Positions 56,622-64,000 of a stretch of DNA of 64,000 nucleotides are shown here, one piece after another. The stretch is from contig CBDBCR010000003.1 of the NCBI GenBank assembly GCA_965203465.1, forward strand, positions 608,001 to 672,000, read 5' to 3'. The notes beneath the pieces were generated by a model, which saw nothing but the letters and a program-made list of their open reading frames with translations, had not been told where the DNA came from and did no database searches. How positions within the stretch are numbered: position 1 is the stretch's first letter; every line of letters begins with the position of its first letter. Both the position numbers and the translations under genes were made by a program. The DNA comes from Nitrosopumilaceae archaeon. Its GTDB lineage: Archaea; Thermoproteota; Nitrososphaeria; Nitrososphaerales; Nitrosopumilaceae.

Positions 56622-59093
56622 TCACAGGCGGAGCGCCCCGATGCCGGCCAGGTGCCCGATGCCGGCCAGGAATTCCGCGTCGGTCAGCAGGCCGCGCGCC
56701 CACAGGCCCGCGACCTGCTTTACCCAGTCCGGCACCGACGAGCCGGGCGGGCCGCGCTCCAAGAGGCCCTCCCCCGCCAGGTGCCTCAGCGCGCCGAGGA
56801 ACTCTTCGTCGCCTGCCTGGCCCGAGGCCCACTCCGCCGCCGCCGACCTGACCCAGCCGGGCACCCCGCTGTGCAGCGAGAGGGCCTCCCCGTGGGCCTG
56901 CAGGGCCTCGCGCAGGGCCCCGCGCGGCGAGCTCACCTCGCCCCGCTCAAAGAGGCCCACTGCCCTGTCGAGGCGCTCGCGCACCGCGGCGGCCTCGGCC
57001 CGCGGCGCGCCCTCCAGCAGCCGCTCGGAGTCGGCGACCAGCCACGCCAGGCGCGCGTCCGAAATCCTGTCGCGCTCGAACTCTGTGAACGACACGGACG
57101 GGTTGCCGCACGCGCCATCGTACACCAGGCCGTAGGTCCGGCCGCAGCCCGAGACGGACGGAAAAGAGTACGTCATGGGGCTGGCGTACCAGTCAAAGTA
57201 CGAGCCGTGCTCCACATGCCCGTCCTTGAGCGACTGGAACGGGTGCATGAGGCCCAGCCAGTGGCCCGTCTCGTGGAGCACCAGGTCCGTAAAGCCGATG
57301 CCGTCCTCCCAGACGCTCGACTGGTCCGCCATGCCGAGCACGCAGCACGGCGAGGACGGATCGCCTTCCCCGCCCACCGCGATCCCCAGCACGCCGAGGC
57401 TGTCCAGGTATACCGCCGAGTCCCAGTTGTCCACCACTATCAGCACCGGTATCACCACCGATTCGGAGCCGCGCTCGGCCACGCGCCTTTCGGCCCAGTC
57501 GGCGAGGTGCGGCCGTATGGACGCGATGTCGAGCAGCGCGTACGGGTGCTCTTCCCAGTACTTGCTGGCCGGGATGGTCCGGTGGTCGGCCTCCTGAAGG
57601 CGCTGCTTGAACTCGTACGAGAGGCCGCGCGTGTCGCGCCGCTCCACCGAGACGTCCAGCCGCCAGTCGGCGAACGGGTACAGGTACTCCAGCTCTTCTA
57701 TGACCTCCTCTTCGTCGAGGAACCATTCTAGCGTGGTGGCGTTGAGCGTGACCTCGTTGCCCGGCATGACGTAGACGAGCACGTCTAGCAGGTAGCTTGG
57801 GTGCGACTCTACGGGGTACAGCACGGATGGGGCCACTATGTGCTCCAGCGCCGCCTCCGTGTGCGAGGCGACCAGATCGGCGAGGCACGAGCCGCAGTCG
57901 TGGAGCGTCTCGTAGCCCGCGGGAACCTCGTACTCTAGGGTGGACGGGTCCACCTGCACCCAGGGCGCCGCGTACAGGTCGAAAAAGTACGTGTTGTAGG
58001 TGCCCCCGTAGCCCATCAGCCCGACGGCCGAGACCCGCTCGCCGGTGGCCTTGTCCCTGCCGGCCACGTAGTAGTTGTGCAGGTAGGGCACCAGGTCGGG
58101 GCCCATGTTGAGGAAGACCAGGTTGACGGCCCGCGGGCCGGCAAGGCCCGGCTCGGGCGAGATTACGCTCTCCTGTATGCGCCGCTCGACCGCTGCCGCG
58201 TCGACCAGCCTGTACTCGGGGTACCGCCCGCCGTCCATCCACTCGGGGTGCTCCGTGGCCACCCAGTCGGCCTGCCAGAACGGATCGCCCGGAAGGTCGG
58301 AGCCGTACAGGGGGCGCTCCACGGAGTTTTCCGACATGAACTCTGCCAGAGGCGCGCCGTCGGCGTGGAAAAAGCCGTACTCTACGTCGTAGCGCAGCGC
58401 GGGCGAGCTCTCGAAGAACGCCTCGGGCTGGCGGGACTGCGGCAGCGAGGCGGCGAGCCGGTCCTGCATGCCCTCCCACCCGCCCCCCACCATCACGAGG
58501 TTCACGCGGAGCGTGCGCGAAAGGGCCGCCTCGGGGGCGCGCCGCGCCGCCGGCTCGGGCCCGGGGCCGTCCAGTCCGAACCCGAGCACCGCCTCGGCGG
58601 CCCCGCTGCCCGGCGCGCCGCTGCCGGTCACCACCCAGAGCGCGCCCGGGCCGGGCAAGACCAGCACGCGCGCCTCGACCGGCTCGTCGTCGAGCACCGC
58701 CGAGTACCAGACGGTCGCGGCCGGCCTGCCGCCCACCGTCGTTATGGACGATTCTTTTAGCACGTAGTCCCAGCAGGGCCCGTGCGCGTTGGTCCTGCAC
58801 GCAAGCTCGAGGCTGTCCGTCACGGATTCCAGCTGGGCCCTCCCCACAGAGTCGAACCTGGCCTGCTCTTTTCCCCCGCGCACGACCAGCTCGTAGGCTC
58901 CCTGCAAAGAGACGGTGACCGAGCCGTCCGGGCCGGCGAACTCGACGGCCGACGAGCCGGCCCATCCGTCGCGCACCTCCCAGCCCGGGTGCTCGATCGA
59001 AAAGCCGTGCATCTGGTACAGCTCGGCGTGGGAGGGCAGCAGCGCGGCCAGCGCGGCGAGCGCCGGGATTGCGCAGCACGCGGGCAGGTTCAG
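56622..59093 (-). CDS. Secreted metzincin-type Zn metallopeptidase with two C-terminal 'VPxWV' helical repeats
   Basis: HETGHWLGLMH, Met-turn SPMTY; signal peptide lies upstream of ATG 59012, implying a start near CTG 59093. Confidence 0.78.
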   Translation of the reverse strand: MNLPACCAIPALAALAALLPSHAELYQMHGFSIEHPGWEVRDGWAGSSAVEFAGPDGSVTVSLQGAYELVVRGGKEQARFDSVGRAQLESVTDSLELACRTNAHGPCWDYVLKESSITTVGGRPAATVWYSAVLDDEPVEARVLVLPGPGALWVVTGSGAPGSGAAEAVLGFGLDGPGPEPAARRAPEAALSRTLRVNLVMVGGGWEGMQDRLAASLPQSRQPEAFFESSPALRYDVEYGFFHADGAPLAEFMSENSVERPLYGSDLPGDPFWQADWVATEHPEWMDGGRYPEYRLVDAAAVERRIQESVISPEPGLAGPRAVNLVFLNMGPDLVPYLHNYYVAGRDKATGERVSAVGLMGYGGTYNTYFFDLYAAPWVQVDPSTLEYEVPAGYETLHDCGSCLADLVASHTEAALEHIVAPSVLYPVESHPSYLLDVLVYVMPGNEVTLNATTLEWFLDEEEVIEELEYLYPFADWRLDVSVERRDTRGLSYEFKQRLQEADHRTIPASKYWEEHPYALLDIASIRPHLADWAERRVAERGSESVVIPVLIVVDNWDSAVYLDSLGVLGIAVGGEGDPSSPCCVLGMADQSSVWEDGIGFTDLVLHETGHWLGLMHPFQSLKDGHVEHGSYFDWYASPMTYSFPSVSGCGRTYGLVYDGACGNPSVSFTEFERDRISDARLAWLVADSERLLEGAPRAEAAAVRERLDRAVGLFERGEVSSPRGALREALQAHGEALSLHSGVPGWVRSAAAEWASGQAGDEEFLGALRHLAGEGLLERGPPGSSVPDWVKQVAGLWARGLLTDAEFLAGIGHLAGIGALRL

Positions 59094-59269
59094 GATCCGG
59101 TGCGCGCGGCCGCGCTATATAGCGGTTCAAAGCGCGGCCGGACGGCCGCGCGAGGCGCGCCGTCTTTCCGCATTAATCGGATGCGGTTCAAGAGCCTCGG
59201 CCTCCAAACCGTCCGTGTCGGCCTTCCTGAATCGGGCTTTGCCCGTTCGCCTGCATCGTCGACCTGCAG

Positions 59270-59580
59270 ACGGCGTAAGCGCTCGGCGGCCGCGCCGCGC
59301 TCCTTCGAGGCCCGCCGGGCCAGCCTGCTGCCCGTCCCGGAGCACACCACGCAGACGCCCGCGGGCTTGTACCTGACGGCCGCCTCGAACGCGGCCAGTA
59401 TGTCCGAGTTGTTGCCGCCGGCCGTGATGGTCATGACGTAAGAGTCCTCGATCCCGCCCAGACCCTCGAATTCGAGCGGCGTGAGGGGCCTCGAGACCGC
59501 CCCGGCGCGCTGGTGCAGGGCAGAGGCCAGCGTAGCGGCCGAAAAAGAGCCTGCCGACCGCCCGAATAAAGACCTGCCCG
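59270..59580 (-). pseudogene. Fragment of an SIS (sugar isomerase)-like domain gene
   Basis: GRSAGSFSAA..LTPLEF..TITAGGNNSDILAAF; no intact ends. Confidence 0.45.
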
Positions 59581-59830
59581 GGCGGGGGCCGCCGGGCGCG
59601 GTTTGCCCGGCACGTTCCCGCAACGGACGCGCCTGCGGGCGCTTGCGCCGGCCGCAGGTCGGCGGCGCGGCCGAAATGGCCGTCCGTCGACTGGCCTCCG
59701 CGCGCGCACCGGTGCTGGAAAAAGTCCCGCACGATCCGCGCTCCGGACTCGTCCTGCCTTATCTTGGGGCCCCCGGCCCTTGACAAGACGCGGCGCGTCC
59801 GCGGCGTGGCGTAAAGGGCGTTAGAGGCGG

Positions 59831-59968
59831 GTGCGCGTAATTTGCGTCTGCGTGGAACCGCCGGCTCAAACCGGTCGCGGGGAGGCCTAGCCGACCTCAT
59901 CGCGGACATGGTTGTGCGTGGCAGGACGGCGGCGGCCGCAAAGGCCGGCAGACGCAAATTACATGCAC
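59831..59968. mobile_element. MITE-like element with 21-bp terminal inverted repeats
   Basis: GTGCGCGTAATTTGCGTCTGC ... GCAGACGCAAATTACATGCAC (2 mismatches). Confidence 0.55.
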
Positions 59969-59980
59969 CCTTGTCAGAAT

Positions 59981-60473
59981 TTAATTTGTAAAAAAAAGTT
60001 CACGGGACGGCGTAAAGAACCGGTCGTTTCTCATCGTGTAGGCGACCCAGATACCCGCGTCGTGGCATTCACGCTGTATGTCAGATGTTGTTTCTAACGG
60101 ATCGTACAAGATCCAAAGAATCCCCCCTCCATCTGCATAATCGCCCATCAGCCCTTCCAGTGTGTCAGGTATGTCCATGTCTTCGTCAATGCCCATCAAC
60201 TCTACCAGGTTGCGCAGTTCGCGCTTTGAATCAAAGCGTAGCGGGGTGCTCTGCCCGCCTGCGCGATCTTGCTTTTGCCAAGCTCCAGCAGCGCCGACTT
60301 TTTCTCAGCGCCCAGGTCGAATCTTGTGCTGCGCGGTGCAAGCCGGCCTTGTCCGTAGAGCCGCGAAGGTCGCAAAGCGCGCGCCCGGCCGACAAAAGAT
60401 CCGCGTCGTCTAGCGCCGCGCCCAGCATCCTGCTTATCCCGTCTCGGGTCGTCGCGTCCGGCTCGTCAAACAT
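59981..60473 (-). pseudogene. Frameshifted lower-GC gene of unknown function
   Basis: Two consecutive short minus-strand ORFs with protein-like composition. Confidence 0.35.
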
Positions 60474-60576
60474 GTAGGCGATGGCTCGGATCTGCGCCCG
60501 ACCGTATCTCGAACGCGTCCAGATCCTCGGCGGCGTTCACACCGGTGTCGGCCTCTAGCCGCAACAAGTTTCCGAA

Positions 60577-60667
60577 TGCGCGTAATTTGCGTCCGCCGGC
60601 CCTGCGCTGGCCTCTTGCCGCCGCCCGCATCCTACCGGGTAGATCCTAGCAGGCGTAAATTGCACGC
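60577..60667. repeat. Second, more degenerate copy of the MITE-like inverted repeat
   Basis: TGCGCGTAATTTGCGTCCGCCGG at 60577 and partner AGGCGTAAATTGCACGC near 60651-60667. Confidence 0.45.
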
Positions 60668-60876
60668 TGTCTGGGCACCCTCCGGGCCGGCGGCCGTCTG
60701 GGACGGCGTGCCGTCGCGCAGCGCCCGGGGCGCAAGATCCGTCCCGTACGCGGCTACCGGGCAGCCGGGCCCGCAGGCCGGCTCTGCGGGCTCGGGCGGC
60801 CGGCTCTTGGGCGATCGGTGCCCGGCCGCGGGGCCCTTGGAATCGGTACATATAGCGCGGGGCCGACGGGCGGCCC

Positions 60877-61221
60877 GTGTCAGGCGAGAAGTTCAGCCCG
60901 CTGAGCGTGAGGTGCGAAAAATGCGGCAACGAGCAGAGGGCCCCCGACGAGCGCGGCAGCATGAAGAGGGCCGTCGTGCTGATGGAAGACCTCATACGCA
61001 CCTACATGAAGCTCATACGCGTGGACAACGAGGTGCGCGACATGATGGGCTACATCGCCGTGGCCTTCCCGGACAAAAAGCACCTGTGCAACGAGACGCG
61101 CGAGGTCATCGTCCGCAAGTTCATCGCAGAGTACGCAAACTACATACCCGAGCTGTCCGACGTGCTCGACAGGCTCAGGGCCGACTTTGACATAGAGGAC
61201 GAAGAGGCCAAGGCGCCCTGA
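60877..61221 (+). CDS. Hypothetical protein with N-terminal CxxC
   Basis: TATA upstream; host-like codon usage. Confidence 0.7.
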   Translation: MSGEKFSPLSVRCEKCGNEQRAPDERGSMKRAVVLMEDLIRTYMKLIRVDNEVRDMMGYIAVAFPDKKHLCNETREVIVRKFIAEYANYIPELSDVLDRLRADFDIEDEEAKAP

Positions 61222-62216
61222 AAGCCGTCCTGCTGGCCCTCTGCGCCGCCTCGTTCTCGCCCGCCTTCGCGTCGGTGTACGTAGACGAGACTTTCGGCTT
61301 TACCGATTCTGCCGGCGCGTACGCGGTGGTCGGCGCCGTAAAGAACGACGGGGCCGGCTGGGTCTCGGCCCGCGTGCACGTGCACGCCGGCGGCGAGACG
61401 GCCACCGCGCACCTACCGCCGGTGGGGCCCGGCTCCGAGATGCCGTTCAAGGTGCGGCTCGCCCTGCCGCCCGGGGACCGGGAAGCGGACGTGCGCGTCG
61501 AGCACGGCCCGGCGGATCCCCCGCCGGCCCGCGCGGCGCGCGTGATGTACGACGGCACGCTGGAGTTCCGCCCGGACGGCAGCCAGGCCGGCAGGGTGAT
61601 CAACACCGGCGGCGAGCCCCTCGGCGGCCTGCGCGTGTACGCGGTCGCGCACGCGCAGGACGGCCGCGTGCTCGACGCGGCCCAGGCGCGCCTGCCGGAG
61701 GCGCCGCCCGGCGTCCCGGTGCCCTTCGAGATCCGCGCCGATCCGGCCGTCGCCGGCGAGGCGGGATCGTACAGCTGCTTCGCGATAGGCGAGCCCATGG
61801 TGGTAGAGTACACCGCCGAGCGCAACGGCGAGCCGTACGGCTTCCGCTACGATTCGGCGGTGTGGCTGGCCTACGCGGAGTTCGACGAGGGGGGCCGCAC
61901 CATGAGCATGCTGGCAAAGAACAGCTTTCCGTTCGAGGCGCTGGCCAACGTGGAGCTGCCCGCGATCTCGGGGACCGAAGAGTTCTCCGTCACGCTCGAC
62001 GGCGAGGAGATAGAATCGCAGCAGAGCGTCGGGCAGATGGGCAACTGGCACCTGGTCTTCAAGGTGGGCGCGTTCGACGGCGGGAACCTCGAGATCTCGG
62101 GCTTCGGCGGCCGGGAGCCCGGGCACTGGTGGTACTATCTGGCCCTGCCGGCCGCGGCGGGCGGCGCGCTGGCCTGGCGCCTGCGCCGTGCTCCCAGCCC
62201 GCGTCGGGCACCCTGA
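61218..62216 (+). CDS. Secreted, C-terminally anchored hypothetical protein
   Basis: Signal peptide LKAVLLALCAASFSPAFA begins at CTG 61218; C-terminal TM helix plus basic tail. Confidence 0.7.
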   Translation: MKAVLLALCAASFSPAFASVYVDETFGFTDSAGAYAVVGAVKNDGAGWVSARVHVHAGGETATAHLPPVGPGSEMPFKVRLALPPGDREADVRVEHGPADPPPARAARVMYDGTLEFRPDGSQAGRVINTGGEPLGGLRVYAVAHAQDGRVLDAAQARLPEAPPGVPVPFEIRADPAVAGEAGSYSCFAIGEPMVVEYTAERNGEPYGFRYDSAVWLAYAEFDEGGRTMSMLAKNSFPFEALANVELPAISGTEEFSVTLDGEEIESQQSVGQMGNWHLVFKVGAFDGGNLEISGFGGREPGHWWYYLALPAAAGGALAWRLRRAPSPRRAP

Positions 62217-63102
62217 GGCCGCCCCAGTACACCCCCGAGCCGCGCTCCACCCTGCCCAGGGCCAGCAGCCCCGCGCCCAGCCTGCCGGCCGCCCCCGCCG
62301 CGCGCCGCGCGCTCTCCGGCGGCACGGCGAGCACCGCCTCGTAGTCCTCGCCGCCGAACAGCGCGAGGTCGGCGGCCGTGGTGCCGTTGGCCGAGGCGGT
62401 CCGCTCCAGCATCGGATCGTGGGGCGCCCCCTCCAGGACGAAGCGCGCGCCGGCCCCGCGCGCCATCTCGTGCAGCGTGGCGGCCAGGCCGTCGCTGCAG
62501 TCCATCGAGGCCGAGGCGTGCCGCCCCAGCGCGCGCCCCAAAGCCACGCTCGGCGAGGGCCTGCGGAACTTTCTCCTGCACTCCGAATCAAAGCGCGCCG
62601 AGCCCGAGCCCGAGCCACCCGACACCAAGAGCAGCCCGGCGGCGGCCGCGCCGAACGGGCCGGTCGAGAAGAGCAGGTCGCCGGGCCGCGCGCCCGATCG
62701 CGGCACGAGGCGCCGCGCCCGCCCGGCCAGCGTGACTGTCACGGAGAGCTCGGCGCCGCGCCCCGTGTCGCCGCCGACCACCGGGAATCCGAACTCCGAG
62801 CAGGCCTCGCGCACGCCGGCGGCCAGCCGCCGCGCGGAGCGCGCGTTCCACAGCCGGGGCGGCAGCAGCACCGAGACGGTCCCGGCCAGCGGCGCCGCGC
62901 CCTTTGCCGCAAAGTCGCTGACCACCGCGGCCACCGCCTTCCTGGAGACGTCGCGCAGGCGCATCCGGGGCGGCACGTCCGTCGATCCGGCCAGCGCGTC
63001 GGTGGCGATCACGATGCCGCCTGCCGCCTCTGCGTCCTCCGCCGGGCCCCCCAGGCCCATGCCCGCGCGCAGGGCCCGCACTATGGACTTTTCAGGGACC
63101 AA
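62059..63102 (-). CDS. thiL: Thiamine-monophosphate kinase
   Basis: EDA, VSDFAAKGA, VVGGDT, MDCSDGL, GGEDYE, GWEH. Confidence 0.88.
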   Translation of the reverse strand: MVPEKSIVRALRAGMGLGGPAEDAEAAGGIVIATDALAGSTDVPPRMRLRDVSRKAVAAVVSDFAAKGAAPLAGTVSVLLPPRLWNARSARRLAAGVREACSEFGFPVVGGDTGRGAELSVTVTLAGRARRLVPRSGARPGDLLFSTGPFGAAAAGLLLVSGGSGSGSARFDSECRRKFRRPSPSVALGRALGRHASASMDCSDGLAATLHEMARGAGARFVLEGAPHDPMLERTASANGTTAADLALFGGEDYEAVLAVPPESARRAAGAAGRLGAGLLALGRVERGSGVYWGGLRVPDAGWEHGAGARPARRPPRPAGPDSTTSARAPGRRSPRSRGSRRRTRPP

Positions 63103-64000
63103 CGCCCGCCGCCCCGGCCGCTGCCGCCGCGAGCCGCTCGGCCCTGCCTGGGCTGCGCGCCTCGGCGGACACGCGCACGAGATCCTCCGTGTTGGATTCG
63201 CGCACCAGCACCCACTCGCCCTCGGCCGAGCCCTTTAGGCCGTCGCCGCCGGCAAGATCGTACGACTCTGACACCATCCAAGAGGCCAGCCCCTCCATGT
63301 CCGCTTTCGCCGACCTGTGGGCCCGGCGCACCAAGCAGTACCCGGACATCGCGGCCAGCGCCTCGCCTATCTCGGCGTCCGACATGGCCGCTATGAGCGC
63401 GCTGCACAGCACGCCGTCCCTGCAGCCGTTGAACGAGGGCAGCACGAACCCGCCGCTGCTCCCCTCGCCCCCCGCGTCGGCGCCGCGCCTGTCCATCTCG
63501 TCGAGCACGTTGGCCTCGCCGACCGCCGACCTGTGCACTTCCCCGCCGGCGGAGCGCGCGATCTCCTCCACCCCCATGCTCGTATCGGAGCTGAGCACGA
63601 ACTTTCTTGCCCCCGCGCGCGCGCAGCTTGCCACGCCGAGCGCCAGCGTGGCGTCGGGCGGCTGCCTCCTGCCGCGCAGGATCGTGACGAGCCGGTCGCC
63701 GTCGAGGTCGTAGGCGAAGCCGGGCCTCTCCCCGCACGCCGAGGCCAGATCGGAGAGCGGATCCTGCGATGGGTCGGGCCTGAACCCGGCCGGGCCTGCC
63801 AGGCGCACCCGGCAGCCCATCCCCTCGAGCACGGCCGGCGCCGTGAGCGCGGCGGCCCCGCCCCCCGCGTCGATGCAGACTGACGGCTGGCGCGCGCGGC
63901 CGGCAGCCTCGGCGGCGTCGCGCGCGTACCTTTCGCAGGCGCCGCCATCCCTTTCGACGCCGCCCGGGCGGCCGCCCCCGCGCGCCCCGCCGGCCCGGTA
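63092..64000 (-). CDS. Phosphoglucomutase/phosphomannomutase family protein, C-terminal part (starts beyond the right edge)
   Basis: DLDGDR, VGEANV, GGEGSSGG, RDG, VRESNTE. Confidence 0.88.
   Translation of the reverse strand, partial: YRAGGARGGGRPGGVERDGGACERYARDAAEAAGRARQPSVCIDAGGGAAALTAPAVLEGMGCRVRLAGPAGFRPDPSQDPLSDLASACGERPGFAYDLDGDRLVTILRGRRQPPDATLALGVASCARAGARKFVLSSDTSMGVEEIARSAGGEVHRSAVGEANVLDEMDRRGADAGGEGSSGGFVLPSFNGCRDGVLCSALIAAMSDAEIGEALAAMSGYCLVRRAHRSAKADMEGLASWMVSESYDLAGGDGLKGSAEGEWVLVRESNTEDLVRVSAEARSPGRAERLAAAAAGAAGVGP

Noticed and set aside
1-64000. Many long Arg/Ala/Gly/Pro-rich ORFs in the six-frame track (e.g. 10605..12125 +, 57193..59130 -, 45044..47083 -)
   Set aside because: Shadow frames of real genes caused by high GC and scarce stop codons; no motifs
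1-64000. CRISPR array or cas genes
   Set aside because: No regularly spaced direct repeats and no cas motifs seen

Overview
High-GC archaeal DNA whose gene content points to an ammonia-oxidising archaeon of the Nitrosopumilaceae type (Nitrososphaerota/Thaumarchaeota). Supporting markers: SBDS-rrp4-rrp41-rrp42-rpl37ae-pcc1 cluster, TBP, ESCRT-III/CdvB paralog, cofG/cofH, HMG-CoA synthase, geranylgeranyl reductase, deoxyhypusine synthase, purP, pheST, trpS and a DPS-like ferritin. The high GC, serpin, repeat surface protein and decayed IS elements suggest a host-associated (e.g. sponge-symbiont-like) lineage, which is inference. Most of the window is core genome, including RNase P RNA, tRNA-Ser(CGA) and tRNA-Pro(TGG). 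Accessory material: one intact IS630, remnants of IS481- and IS5-like elements, MITE-like inverted repeats, a HEPN-like two-gene module, a truncated DUF262 gene and several small ORFs missed by the ORF track. The most striking observation is at the left end. The only two long homopolymers in the window lie about 1.2 kb apart in two divergent genes: G16 between the TATA box and start codon of a repeat-containing secreted protein, and C15 inside a gene for a tandem nucleotidyltransferase-fold protein. Together they look like an archaeal contingency (phase-variable) surface locus. All calls come from reading motifs by eye; no searches were run.
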